Assembly: GCA_043228905.1 (NCBI GenBank)
Contig: JBHGNT010000016.1
Location: forward strand, 6,076,001 to 6,140,000
Direction: 5' to 3'
DNA: 64,000 nucleotides
DNA from: Azolla caroliniana
Lineage: Eukaryota; Plantae; Polypodiophyta
Shown here piece by piece: positions 50,080 to 64,000 of this stretch (positions within the stretch are counted from its first letter, which is position 1; the number at the start of each line of letters is the position of its first letter). A program made the position numbers and the translations under genes. Under the pieces are notes generated by a model that was not told the origin of the DNA, ran no database searches, and saw only the letters and a list, made by a program, of their open reading frames with translations.

Positions 50080-51320
50080 TGTAGGTGGTCATGGGTTCAA
50101 CCCCTTACATTCCACAATGGCATCTAGTGAAGAAGAAGAAGAAGAAGAGAGAAGATCGTGACCACCCGCCCCATCCTTCCTTATATGCCGTCCCACGTTC
50201 GCTCGCTCGTATCGGTCGATTTGTCCCAAGGGCCATGAATCTACCACCCACCCCCTCGCTTCCGAAATGCCGATCAGTCACAACAACTAGATTGATAAGT
50301 CAATGAGCCCAATCCCTAACATGGGTTTCAACCCCTACATTCCACATTGGCATCTAGTGAAGAAGAAGAAGAAGAAGAAGAAGAAGAAGAAGAAAGAGAG
50401 AGAGAGAGAGAAAGAGAGAAGATGCGTGGTTTGCAATAGAAACTCTCTTCCAAGTTTGGTCACATTTCCAAGTCTCTAGAGCGCACACACACTCTATGGA
50501 CCCCAAGCTCTACCTAGGTGTCACCTCGTTCGTCCGTTGATCGGTTGGCTGGAATCGATCGTGGCCGCCCACCCATCCTTCCTTATATGTCGTCCCACAC
50601 TCATTCATATCGAATGAATTGTCCCAATGACCATGAATCTACCACCCACCCCCTCGCTTCCGAAATGTCGATCCATCGATCAGTCACAACAAGATTGATA
50701 AATCAATGAGCCCAATCCCTAACATTCTTCTACCACACTCCCCCGATCATCGATGGCTGCTCTGTTTCACATTGTCCCTTTTCAACCTAGACACCATCGG
50801 GTGGCCCCGTGATAGTTCCGGAATACTGATTGTTTGAGAGAAGAGCATCCAGATCCTAAAAATTGGAATACATCGTCCGGGATGGAGATAAACAAAGTTG
50901 GTAGTTGAACCCTCTGAGAATAAATCTTGTTGGTACGTGATGTATTGGTTGTCTTCTCTAGCAACATGCTCGATGTCATGGTAGGTTCAATTGCTATAGA
51001 CATCATGCCTATACGGGGCCGGGGAGGCAACATGAATGAAGGGACACAATGCACTTTTTCAATATATCTAGGTTGGGGATTTCAAAAAACGTAAGGATAT
51101 GTACTCAATGAGTTCATGATGTAGTATTACAGGGTAACTTACCACATGAAAATCACAAACGAAATAAGATTTCGTCAAATTGATTTGCAAGACAGAATGT
51201 TGAACTTTTTTAGTGTGAGCACATAGAGGAAATGAAAGTGCTAGAACAACATAGGGAGCCCCCCACACAAAATGGAAACCAACCCAACATTGTGCTAACT
51301 TGCTAAGATTGATCATTGAT
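50080..51320 (-). mobile_element. Decayed LTR retrotransposon remnant: putative 3' LTR 50080-50737 with an internal duplication, PPT 50738-50744, upstream degenerate internal sequence
   Basis: The minus strand reads GGGGGAG|TGTGGTAG...CCTACA. The block catggg..caacccc...gagcccaatccctaaca occurs twice (ending 50320 and 50724). There is weak GPY/F-like text (WGAPYVV) at ~51260. Confidence 0.5.
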
Positions 51321-51325
51321 ACTTA

Positions 51326-51374
<49 letters not shown>

Positions 51375-51375
<1 letters not shown>

Positions 51376-51525
51376 ATGAGGTCATGGGTTCAACCCCTAC
51401 ACTCCATATTGGCATCTAGTGAATTGAAAGTATGTATGAAGTTTGTAATAGAGAGGTGAGAAAATTGGGTTTCGAACCCAAGACATAATGCTCATCATAT
51501 AATAACTTACCACTAGGGTAAGGTA
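51375..51525. repeat. Dispersed ~150-bp repeat with tRNA-like boxes, flanked by (GA)n; inverted homologue at ~10415-10545
   Basis: ggcatctagtgaatt and gagaggtgagaaaattgggtttcgaacccaagacataatgct match the reverse complements of aatttactagatgcc and agcgttatgtcttgggtttgaaacccgaatttctcacctct. Confidence 0.7.
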
Positions 51526-52486
51526 CTTAAGAGAGAGAGAGAGAGAGAGAGCGAGCTAGCTAGCTATGTTATTAGCATTTGGTGAAAATCAAACTTGTGT
51601 CTTTCAATTCCCAATGGCTAGTTTTTGTCATATTCTCCTAATATCTCTCCAATGAGTTCATGTATGTAGTTGGTCAAAGCATGTGCAAAAACATCGTTGG
51701 TGATGTGATATATGGCTTATATTAACTCCCATTGAGCTCATGACCTTTCTAGGTAGAGGGGAGGGAAATGAAGACAAGAAAGAAAGAAAGAACAAAACAT
51801 TATAATATAACATCGAGAAGTAGCCTATGAGAGAAACCATAGTACAATAAGGAGATGTGAAGAAACTCTAAGATATTGCATTGTCGTCTATGAGAGAAAC
51901 CTGTTGTACAATAAGGAGATGTGGTGAAACTCTAAGATGTTGATTGACCATGCTTTGAGATGTTAAGAAATTTCTACTTTGTAGAACACCATCATAATAG
52001 GTGGCAATGGTTTGTGTGTTTAACCACCTCGACATTTGATAGTTGCCTGTTCTAAGTAATGTACACAATGAGATATATGAACCTAGGAGCTTTGCTCACT
52101 AAACACTTAGTTAACCACTAAGGCATAACCCTTAGCAATAAAAAAAATGCACCAATCATTTTATAACTAGGCATGGTCAGGCTTAAATAATTTAACTAAG
52201 TATATCATTAAGCACACGTAAGTGATTAGAATACGTTTACTTAACTTGCCACCTTTTAATGTTTTGTTTATGAAATTATGTGTGACAACACGAGGTGTGA
52301 TGAATCATGAGATCCAAAAAGATAGAACAAAATCACAATTCAAAAAGATACAATGATGAGTGTGATAAGGATCTCATGTGAAATGGATATGTCTTGACTT
52401 GTGACATATGACAAATGGATGCCCCCACTGACATGATATTCGAACTAGAGCCTATGTAAATGTATATTAAACGTAGAATGAGAGAT

Positions 52487-52536
<50 letters not shown>

Positions 52537-55183
52537 GCACAAAGTTAAAGTAACATAGTGCGTAATGTCCCCAATCTAGTGTAAATAACTTTCACTATTC
52601 GACAAACTTATTATATTTTTGTTGGTCATTGATTGTGGGCCAAGTTGGCATTCCTACTACTTTTCAACTCTTATAGGACAAAGTCTTTAAAACAACCAAG
52701 GAAAAATGTAAGAAGAATTGTATGTCTTTTACCCATCATTACACGTACTATATTTATGTTGAAATTAAGTGTATGTATATACTAGTCAAAATGCATATAC
52801 TAACATTTATATGCAGGACATCCAACCCACTCCCTTGAGTCCTATATAGTTTTAGGAGAGGATATATGCGACCCTATTGCAAGGGAAAACCTCGAGAGAT
52901 CAAGCATTGTGTGTGTGCATTTGCACATGTGCGCAAATATACAATTCCAACGTATAGAGTGTGCACCAACTCTTTAGAATCCAACTACCAACTATTAATA
53001 ATGTGATCAGGCAACCCTCACACAAAGTAGTGGATGAGTGGAGTAGTAGGTTGTTTAGAGCTCATATTCCCTCTTCCACCGTTGTATTCGCTTCATGTTT
53101 ATTCCTTAATCAATGCTTACAACTTCTTATTTCTTACTCTCTTCTTCCATTTCCTTTGTTAATCTTTTGCATGTGTGTAAGGGAATACGTAATGTAGTGA
53201 GTGCACAATGAGTGCTTCAAATATTGTTGTTTGTACTGTAACGTCAAAGTGGAGCAATATGTTTGAAGACATCATCACAATCCAAATGAGGAACAAACTT
53301 TGCATTTTAATATACTTAATCTTCATGTAGAAGAAAGTGCATTCCACACTTCCATAGCCTTTGCTATATTTTCCTCAAGAGTCATCAAAATTTCAACATA
53401 ATCATCTTCCAATGCGAGAGCTTGCCTGCTAAAGTAAGTTCCACGATTTCCCTAAATTCTCCCAAGTTATAACAAGAGCGTGGTAAATAGAAATGTCAAA
53501 ATATAACTAACTTAACATACATCCTTGACACCCTAGTCACCGCAACATGTAGCAGAAATTTTAAAATTGTGCCTAACACCAAAATGGAAAGTGAGGTGTG
53601 AGTCCTGCATCCTTGCACAAAATCCAATTAGGACATTAGCTAGGAAATAAGTGACCAACTTACATGATCTTATGCCTTCTTCAAATCTAGTTATATCATA
53701 AGAAGTCCTTATTTGGATCCCTTAACATAATTGACACGCATTTACAATCTCATAGTTTGAAGGATATCTCTAGCCACAATAAATCCATGATGCATACTAT
53801 GGACAATAGGAGGTGACACTTTCTAAAGTCCATTATCCATTACTTTGAAAGTAAACAATAAACCCATTACGAGTATAGGCCTTCACTATTAAAAGAAGAA
53901 CACATAGGCCACCACTACCCAAAGTACACATGAAAGACAACATTCAATACATGTTTAATGAAATCAACTTTTCATGAATGAGGCATCGTCGTGGAACTAC
54001 ATACTTCCTTGAAACAACATGGTAAGAGGAAGTGGACCAAGATATAACATGTCAAGTTGCTCCACAAATGTTTTGATATTTTCATTTGTATTAAATCCCA
54101 ATCTAGGCTTTTATCATTAGAAGCATGTGCAAGTAGACACTTGAACTCCACTTTATTATATGTTTTTTGAGGGTTAAAGAGTTTTGAAATGTTAAATAAA
54201 TTACGAATAATTACTTGTGGGTTGACATGGACATTACTGTTCGTGTAGCAGTGAACCATATGTTGGCATAAAAGGCTGACTCCTTCCGTGCATACATTCT
54301 TACATCATGTTCAACTAGTGTGATAGACTTTATGGGGTTGACAATTATCATAATCTAGTTCTTGATTCAAATTACATCATATGTACATGAGCGTTTCGGT
54401 GTAGCTTAAGATATAATAACGTACGTATGCAACAATACATCCTTTGTGGGACGGGTCACTATGACACACTACAACTAATTAACTAGGTATGCAATAATGT
54501 CACCTTTTGTTTGTGATGTGTAAAACATTGAATATTAGGGTGACAAATATCCCATGCAAGAAGACCATGAACCATTTACTAGTAAAATCATTTTGACGAA
54601 GAAAGGAAGGATTGAATACAAGGGATTGCCTTACCATCAAAGGCTAGAAACAATCCATTGTTTGATATGTGCATTCTAGAACAATTGTAGAACTACAAAA
54701 AATACCATCATCCAAGACACTACAAACTGCTATTTGCTCACTCACTCGACCAAAGAACCAAACTATGAAATAAGAAAACAAGGTTTGTTTTTCATTTTGC
54801 CTCCTACTAAAGGTCATGTGTTCAAGTTTTATGGAGAGGTAATCTATTTAGCCTAGAAACTAAAAGTCGTGGGTTCCAAGTCCTCACATTTGTTTGACAC
54901 ACTAAATATTACTTCTCCTAAAGAGCATGCCACATAAAAGAATTGAACTAATGGTCGTCCTCTCCCTTTCTTGAGTCAGTGGGCATCCACATAAGATGGA
55001 ACTATTGTGTCCCTACAAGGATTTCTACTCGTAAAATTTTATAACTAATAGAAGGAGTTTTTTTTGGAAAAAAGAAAGAAAGAAAGAACTGAACTAATAA
55101 CTTTGAGATATCTAAAACAAATGGCACAACAACGTCAACCATATTGAGTATTTATGTTATGCTCTCCAAATAATTAATATGAC

Positions 55184-55227
<44 letters not shown>

Positions 55228-55229
<2 letters not shown>

Positions 55230-58200
55230 GTGCAATAGTAATAGAATGCTTATTGCAAATGGTATATCTTTATGGCCCAACACTAAAGGTTTTACATGTA
55301 GAAAAAACATCGTATACATAAATTCTCACTTGGTGAATGGAAATCAAAATCCAATAAGAGGACTTTATGTATTGACCTCAAATGTATACATAGGTTTTCT
55401 TATGAGAAGGCCATTGAAGATAATAAACAACCAAACTTGAGCTTGAAAAAACACAATGAAAATAGCATGATTAACTATGTTCTAGTTTTCGAAGCTATTT
55501 TGAATCGTATACATAAACTCTCACTTGGTGAATGGAAATCAGAATCCGATCAGAGGACTTTATGTATTGACCTCAAATGTATACATAGGTTTGCTTGTGA
55601 GAAAGCCATTGAAGATAATAAAAAACCACATTTGAGCTTGATCGTTATGCGAGCACCCATGTATTCCAAGATAGTTGAGGATATGTTACAAATGACAAAG
55701 ATACAACATGGTGCCACACTAGAATGCAAATGGGAAGCTTTTAAGAAAGTCATTCTCTCATGCACAAACAAATGTTTTTCGACCAAACACACATCTTAGA
55801 AATGCATCAAGAATTAGAATTAGAATTAGAATTTTATCATCCATAAAGAGGCCAAATTTGACCTATGGGACCAGAGTATACACGTGTTCTTGATATGTGT
55901 CTCCTTCCTAAGAAGGGGTATTCATACATTGAAGCACAAAGTCTCTATGTGTGAATAAAGCATACACATATGAGCTCAACCTTCTCGGTGGTGTCTTAAG
56001 TATGGCACTTAAGTTATCACTCCCTCTTAGTATGTCAACATATCTTGAACGAATTGCAGTATATGTTGAGCATGTGAAGAGCAAGTGACATTCATCCTCT
56101 ACCATGCCTTCATTGCATATTTTGCATGTTTTCAAATTTGTTACATTTTGATACCATGATGCAACTACAATACCTAACTTGTGAGATCGAGTACGAAGTA
56201 GTTAAGGGCTCTACGAGCATTACTACTCATATTGGTAATGAGATAAGGTTGGATACGATCAATAGGCATTCTTGCTTAATATTGAGACCAATATTGAGGG
56301 TTGACATTTGCAATGTAGTATTCTAGCTTTTTCCTCTTAGCATCTTCCCACTTCATCCTTAATGATTCCACCAACCTTTCCTCAATCATTACATATTGTA
56401 TAACATTGCCCGAAAGCTTTAAAAGATCATCCAAACCCCATCTTCTAAACCATTTCCTTATGTCAACAACCCAACCGGATGAGAGAATTTAACTTTTATG
56501 ATTCTTTGTAGCTTACATCCAACATTCTAAGCAAGATGTGGTAATCGATGATTCAACATATTCTTGACTTTTGTAATGTATTTATATACTTTTTGGAGTG
56601 CCAATAGTTCTATGGGTCGAACACTTGTTTCTAAGAGCATAACCTGGTAAGAGATAGTGCATTTAACTCCTAATTGTCTCCTTAAAAACATCTTTTGAAT
56701 TTTCTCACTCTCATTCCATGCATTAAGAGAGATGGTGCCACCCCATACTTCTACTCCATAAAGCAATACTTGAGTTACCATGGCATTGAACAACATTAGT
56801 TTTGCTTCCCATCCACAAGTATCACTTTGGTTGCATTGGTTCTCCAAAAGGTAATACGATTTCCAATCGGCTTGGAGCCTAGAATCAAAGCATGCACTCC
56901 ATTTATTTGTGGTAGGTACATCAATACCAAGATATTTAAAGCTTTGAACAAATTGTATATGTTCACCTATATATGTGAGCATAGGGTAATGATGAGGTTG
57001 GATGGTTTGCACTACCAACATTTTTGTTTTCTCCACATTCACTGCTAGTCCACTACTATGGCAAAATTCTTCTAATACCCTAAGTAAATTTTGTATACTA
57101 TCAACATCATATGAGAAGAGTACCACATCATCAGTATATAGAAGCAATAAGATAACATGTTGCATCAATTTGGGAGCATTCGATCCTTCTTCTCTTGCAA
57201 CCTTATTTTCCACTTCTTCTAATTTATCAATACATAAGCCAAAAAGTGTGGGTGATAGTGAACATCCTTACTTGACCCCCATGTTACTTAAAAAGTGCTT
57301 TAAGAATCCACTATCCATTTTTAGTTGGCATTTAACTTGTTCATATAGGTGTGCAACAACAACTTGGTACTCTAATGGCATGTCAATCTCTACCATTCTA
57401 TTCAAGAGCTCACTTTGTGGTACTGTATCACAAGCTTTCTTTAAATCAACAAAACAACAATAAAGTGTTTTTCCTTGTAAATGTGACCAAATGATCCACA
57501 ATGGAGTGTTTTGGGCTAAATCCTGCTTGCCCAAGTGCTCTTTTGCTTGTACTTTCAACCCATGTGCTTATCTTTTGCTTCATAATAGTGCTATATATTT
57601 TAACAATAGTTGAGCTCACCATTATTGTACGATAATTTGATACTTGATTCTTATCGCCGGCTTTAAATATTGATTTAATCCAATTCATAAGCCAATCATT
57701 TGGAAATCTTTGTTTTATAGCTTGCTCTATAATTGTCATTATCCAATGAAGAGTAGGTTGCATCCGCTGCTTTCTCACTCACCATCTTCTTTATTCCCTT
57801 ATTGACATCATCAATATCGATACATGTAGTGCATGGTGTTTCAATTTTCTCAACCATAGGAGCCACACCTTCATGCATATATAGCCTTTGTACATAGTCT
57901 AACATCTCTTCATTTGTAAATTGGCCTTTCACATATTCTTTCTTATCCTTGAGTTGTCCCCATGCTAATTTTGGTTTGAGCTTAAACAAGTTTTTCTTTT
58001 TCATCTCTTGCATTTGGAAATATCGTCTTTTTTTCTCCTCACTACTTATATAGGTGCCATGCAACAATCTTTTCATTTCCCCCCTCTATGGACTTAAACC
58101 ATTTGAGATATATCTTACATTTATCGTTGAACCAAGAATTACATGGAAAACTACATGTCGTATGCCCACCCACATGCCTCTTAAAGTATTGATACCCAAC

Positions 58201-59950
58201 CTCAAGGATGATATCCTTCAAATGTTGCCAATTTTCTTTAACATCGTTGCTTCGAGAAAAATTTAACAAATGGTTCTCCACTTCAAATGTAGTTCGAAGA
58301 AAAAATGGTTTGATAAAGAATGTCATGAAGCTCGAAAGTGCTTTATGATTTTGGATGTGGTCAAGGATAAATAAAATTATCAAAAACATTTGTATGAGTA
58401 CAAAAGGCTTATTCAAAGAAAGAGAAGAACATGGGAAGTTACTCAACAATTTCTCCAAATGTAAGAGAAAGCGCATGCATCTACTAAATTTTGGGGTCTA
58501 AAAGGGAAACATGTTAAGCATTATGGTAACTTAACTTGTCTATGCATTATCAGAATTTATATGAGCTATCTCTTGCCAGAAAGATGATGTGTTATGGTTC
58601 TCTTTCATAGGTCTCCCTTCTTTACAATTGAAGCTATATGCATAGGACGTAAGAAATTGGCCTCTCAAACGGCAAGCAATGAATGGTTAAAAGTTAAAAT
58701 GCTCAAATGGAAGGGAAAGGAAACACATGCATGGATAAGTGATAGGTTTAATCATGCATTGCAACATGGCATGACATATGATTAGATTACAAACTAGATT
58801 AAACCTTTACCAAATGGTGGAATGTAAACAACTATCGAACCATCATGGTTGGCTTGCTAATGTCAAAACTATTTGGATATATAATGGAATCAAATATAAG
58901 TGCATGGGCCGAAAAAAAATAGTAAGAGAGGTTATGGATAAGCTGACTTCCAAAAACCTTATAGCATTATTGATCACCTTGTCACCCTTCGAGTATTAGT
59001 GAAAGAAAGTTGCTTGAGAGGTAAAGGTTTATATTGTTGCTTTGTAGACTTCAAGAAAGCTTTTGATATGGTACCTTGTGAGCATCTTTGGAGGCGAATA
59101 GAAGAACTTGAGGTGCCAAGTGAATATATGCTTGTAGTGTCCCAAATCTATAAGAAGGTTACATATTGCATGAGTATAAGTGATAGACTTTCAAATTTTT
59201 TTCAATAGCACTATTGATGGTTAGCAAGTATGCCTACTCTCACCAACTCTATTTGGTCTATGCATTAATAAATTGAAAGAAATGGTTACCAAGTTTATAA
59301 AGGAAGAAGGCATTGAAGAAGTTGTTATTGGAAATGTAGTAATCATGCTTTTATTAGATGCAGATGATGTACTCCTTTTTGCAAAAACTTCAAGAGATGC
59401 ACAAAACCTTGTGAAGGCATTTAAAGATTTTTGCATTCATACTAAATTAAGTGTCAATATCTCTAAAACAAATATCAACCATGCATTAAGTACAATAATG
59501 AGCTACTTGAAGTTAAGAAACAAATGTCATACACACTCCTCCTTGAGATGGGATCACTTCTCATTAAGATCATGGGCATGGAAAAGGTGGTTGAATACAT
59601 GCAAAAGAGTCAAAAAAGTCCCTCACATCAACTTCCTAGAATCGCATGGGAAGCAAGCAAAAACATCCAAAAGATACATAAAAGCAATATTTTGTGTTTT
59701 GATTGAATACAAGAAATAGAAAAATGGTTTGGTAGATGGATTCCAACACACTTGCTTTATGATGCATCTCTAGATTCCTCTGTAAATGAGGCCTTTTCGC
59801 AACACCAATGTATCATAACATGGGACAAATGTGGAGGCTTACGCTTCACACATTATATTACACATGTTGCACCTAACTACAAAACCATATTCTTCACGGA
59901 ACATAAAAACCGTACACATCGATACATGTTAAATTTGATGTGTGAATGAG
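55228..59950 (+). mobile_element. Highly degenerate RTE/RTEX-like LINE (APE end, RT), split by a second LINE
   Basis: APE end INYVLV...SDQR (55470-55560), then KWFDKEC (58302), LYCCFVDFKKAFDMV, LSPTLFGL and DADDVLL. Confidence 0.75.
55814..58296 (-). mobile_element. 5'-truncated RTE/RTEX-like LINE with (AATTCT)n 3' tail
   Basis: NYRTIMV, CFVDLKKACD, MGVK, LYTDDVVL, FKYLG and the C-terminal CKIC...EDECHLLFTC. A tandem hexamer tail lies at 55811-55833, with a candidate TSD AAGAA. Confidence 0.85.
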
Positions 59951-60408
59951 AGAATAATGACACCTCAAGATGTAAATTTTATGAAAAACATCTTATGCAA
60001 AATGTCCAGGTCGTTAAGAATCATACATGTGTGAGTAGTGTTTTGTGATTAAATGTATCTAATTCACTCAATGCCTACACACATGCCATGTGTTGTGGGT
60101 TTAAATATATGTTGAATAAAATAAAATATGCAAAAAACACTTTTTCAAGAATCTGAGATATCATAAACAAATTGGAGAAATCTTCAAACAATTGTAGAGA
60201 AAGTAGATAAAGTGAGTTTCATATTGAATGTTAAATCGAGCTTATTTACAAGGCTGTCCACAAGGATCACCATATAAATAAGAAATGGGACCTTTTTCAC
60301 ATGTATTCTATAAGCAATCTTTCCAAACTTAAGTAATAATATACAATTCTATTGCTGGATGACACATGAACCATTTCAATGTACAACATCATTTTCTTAA
60401 TAAGAGGC

Positions 60409-63400
60409 TTATAGTTTTTCAGATTGATAATCTGACATTGCGAGGTTTTTCTTCCACACACTTTGTGTTCTTTGCCGCAACCGGTCCCTTTGATCATATA
60501 TCTTCCTCACACCATTACCAACAATAACATTTGAATAGATGATGTGTGTAATTATTGGCGCAAGAATGTTTCCAGTCTATAAACAAAACAATATAGTTCG
60601 GCGATAAACAACGTTTTTTTTAGTGTCCTAGCTTCACTAAATTTTGTGCATCACAACTATCAACTATGGTATTCAAAACCTCAGGTTTTCATTAAAGTTA
60701 ACATGTGCATGAGTGCAGCTCCTGGAATTTGGTGCATCAACTTTTGGTCTCATAAGCATTCCATGGACATGAAGTGAGGGGAGCTTTTGGTGCTTCCCTC
60801 ACTTCGGACACCTCTCCATTCTGGATCAACCTATGCTAGGGATATTTCGAAAACAAAAATTACGAAATATCTTACATGTAATGATAACAAGATTTTTTGT
60901 CACTTTTTCTCATACTTACATTTTTACTTAGTAGTATCTCTCTATCTCTTAGGCAAACATATACACACAACTATAATGCTAAATGCTCAGATCTTACCTG
61001 CATCCATTCAAATCCAAGAAATAGTGCTAATATTGACTCGAGAAGAGGAGAGTATATTCTTCTCAATTGTCGTCGTTCATACCATGCTGTAAATGTATGA
61101 ACAAGTCTGATGTCAACACTGAATAAGAATCCTCAGTATCCAAATTCAATTCCAATCTAGTGTTAGAAATGCCCTTACCTGCAAAACTCTTCTTCAATTC
61201 TGACAATGAAGTTTGGTTCCTGAGAACGGGCGCAATTATATAATGCGGATCTATGGACAGAAAACCCATTTTGTTAAATTGCTTTATAAGTGGCAAATCA
61301 ACAACCTAGGAGAATTATCCATGTTGAAAAGAGAAATCGTGTCATGTCTCCATATTGCCCCTACAGCTCTTAAAGGCCTTGTTGAGTCCCTTGTTACAAG
61401 GGCACATCAAAACCCACTAAGATCCTAAGAGCTTTTTGAGCAAAATATGGATATACTATGTCTGAACACAATTTTCTTAGACCTCTCGGCCATCTCTCCA
61501 AGCAAAAGGATCTTTTGGACTTTAACATGAAGTTGGGATAGAAGTCTATATTTTGAATAGTAGTTTAAACAAAGCTCCATCGACGAAATCAAAAAACCTA
61601 TGCTTTGGTTAATTGCTTTTTACAATGCTGTGTCATCATTTTCAACTATCAGGCCGTGGAAATAGAATTTATAAAGGAATCAGTTCAAATCTATTGTGAA
61701 GAACACATCTAGGAAAGACATAATGAAACCAATAGATGATACCTTTAGGGAAAGATGTGATGAATAGAATGGAGCCAGTAAGAGCAGCTGTTAAGACTGC
61801 AGCAAGTGCATGTGCAAATGGTGCCAAGGAAGGGAAAACTCCGGTCTGCAGAAACATGTAAAAAGATAAGCAAAGTACACTATATATATAGATATATAAT
61901 TTGTTTGTTTAGGGAACATTCTTACCAATGCTGCAATGCCATCGACAGATTGTTTGAATTTATCATCGGGTAGAAAAAAATGTGCTAGTCCCCCCTAAAA
62001 CCAAGTAACAGTTAAGAACAGCTTCACCACAGTTGAAGAAATTTATCCAGGATTAATAAGTTTCAGAAAGTGCGGCACCTGTATAGCAACTCTGAAGAAG
62101 AGCTCTTCCGCAATTGCACACAATGATACAATAAACATTATCTAATGAAAACACAAGCGATGTGCACCACTTGTTAAAAGAGTGGCCGGAACAAGAAAAT
62201 TAACCTCTATGACTAGAGCTTAAAACATTTTATATAAGCTCATGATTTAAAAGATCAGATTGCGAACCTGCCAAGCTGACAAACCAATGAAAAAGCTCAT
62301 CAATTCTTCATCCTCAACATCTCTTATAGCTCTAGCATGAAGAGATTTTTTTACCACTTCATCCTATAGCCCGAGCAAACATATGAGAACAAGTAAGTAT
62401 CTGTGCTACATCAAATGGAAATAATATACCAGGAAGCATAATCTTACATCAAGGATAAATAGAAGAGCCATCACGGGAGGTATTGCATAACCCAACCCTT
62501 CCATGGCTACATCAGCTGACAATTGAAAACCCCCAATTCCATCGATTCCAATCAAGTGGCAAACAGTCTGTCCAACAAGCACCATTGCACCATAAATACC
62601 TGCAATGTCATGCCCCAGTGTGAATGAGCCATTTAATTTCATTCGTATACAACAGCATAATGTCGGCATACCTTATGCTACTAAAGTAGCTTAAGTCCTT
62701 AAAATCAAGAAAACAAGGATTTAGCTAGAAGAAACGTCTAGTTTCAAGCAGCTATTTTCTTGTATCGGGAAGGACTATAACAGCAATGGATGTTGTATTT
62801 CATTTGTTGCTCAGAGTATTAATCCCAAGACATATCTATTTATTTACAACGATGGATGTAGCATTTTGTTGTTTGTCCGTACAAAAACGGAATATGCTAA
62901 AGTAGAATCCTACACAATCTATTTAACAAGTGTTTGAGCACAATGAAGGAGGGACATTAGCTACAGGTATTAAAAAGGAAAGGTTCATACTACAGACCCT
63001 CAGAATATGCTAAATTACACACACCGACAGGTGGTTTAATGCATCGAGTCAAGTAGCAATTAGTAACAGAAGCATTTATTCTTACCAGCAACATATGCTA
63101 TCCGAAAATTGCCAGGAATCTGTTCCCACAATGCATCATTCGGCTCAGAAACAGTGCCATTCCCTTGAATCCAAGCATCATTCTAGCAAAGAATGATACA
63201 ACAAGAAAAACAGCCAAGCTATATATGAGATGCTTTGTTTGAGGGAATGCACGGAAACAAAAGAAGCAAGAAAGGAGAAAGGAAAACATGAGCACACTTA
63301 CCTTGATCGTGCTCTGAGGTTTGCTTTCATCGAAACTCTCTGAAGCGGATTCGTGAAGAGCTCGGGGTTTGGATTGATACAGTCTTCTTGTAGTGAAGAG

Positions 63401-63525
63401 AGGAGGGGGGAGTGAGGTAGAGGGGGTGAGGGAAGGGAGGAAGGCAGAGCGAGAGATGGGTCCAGCACTGTGAAGGCCTGCAGGGAGGATGGGACAGCCA
63501 CAGCCACAGCCATGGCCAAGCTCCA

Positions 63526-63526
<1 letters not shown>
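60409..63526 (-). CDS. BCM1: CAAX protease (CPBP/Abi)-like chloroplast membrane protein, BCM1/BCM2 (soybean G)-like, ~377 aa; exons 63302-63526, 63086-63182, 62448-62599, 62268-62363, 62079-62141, 61926-61994, 61743-61845, 61179-61250, 60998-61086, 60409-60576
   Basis: The 10-exon splice model is phase-consistent. It has a Ser/Pro-rich transit-peptide-like N-terminus and the motifs GLGYAIPPVMALLFILDDEVVK, ARAIRDVEDEEL, EELFFRVAIQG, AWYERRQLRRIYSPLLE and TGNILAPIITH. The symbol rests on recalled similarity; orthology was not tested. Confidence 0.85.
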
Positions 63527-63560
<34 letters not shown>

Positions 63561-64000
63561 ACCTCCTCTGTTTTCCTCTGTTTTTTTTTTCTGTCTTATT
63601 TTCCTCTGTTTTTTTTACCCCCCTCTCTTCTCCTCCTCCTCCTGCTCTGATTAGCTTGATATGGCCACCCAATTCATTTTGTTGGTCTTATTATGTGTTG
63701 TGTATACCAGTATGTATATGTATGTACATGAGATATGTCCATAGGCATCATCACGATCCATGTGGTCCATTGATCGCGGCCATCCTGTGAGACCCATGCA
63801 ACCTCGACACACTCCTTTGTCCCCTTTACTTACAAAACAACCACAAAGTCTCCTACACAGGCTAGGTCAGCCTAGGCCAGGCCAAGCTGCACCCGACGAT
63901 TAGCTTGATGCCATCTCATTGGCTCTCGCTGCATGGGCCAAGGGAACCAGGCAAGGTAGCCTACTTCATACATACACAACGACTCGTTGCTCCCTCCCCG

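Noticed and set aside
51825-51945. ~62-bp tandem duplication
   Set aside because: Real but an unremarkable local slippage duplication with no associated feature.

Overview
Eukaryotic land-plant nuclear DNA. By inference it is most likely a fern or another non-seed vascular plant, based on the style of the PLS-PPR gene, Tcn1-like chromoviruses, RTEX-like LINEs and a type-1 nsLTP. Six host genes can be assembled with GT-AG introns: the 5' part of the RNA polymerase I largest subunit (NRPA1, minus, runs off the window start), a LURP-one/Tubby-C2 gene, a FRIGIDA-like gene, a PLS-class E-type PPR gene, a type-1 non-specific lipid transfer protein, and a CAAX-protease-like BCM1/soybean-G homologue. 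Between them is a ~15 kb transposon nest: a decayed L1-type LINE carrying two chromodomain Ty3/Gypsy elements, one complete with LTRs and a GTATG TSD. The window also holds a solo LTR, a hAT-like MITE, nested RTEX-like LINEs, tRNA-like repeats and many microsatellites. The most notable signals are in the Gypsy elements: (i) an antisense tRNA-like Pol III A/B-box cassette at the start of the LTR in two divergent families, (ii) a Tf1/sushi-type self-priming PBS complementary to the element's own predicted transcript 5' end, and (iii) a -1 frameshift slippery site followed by an H-type pseudoknot. All calls were made by eye; no database search was run.
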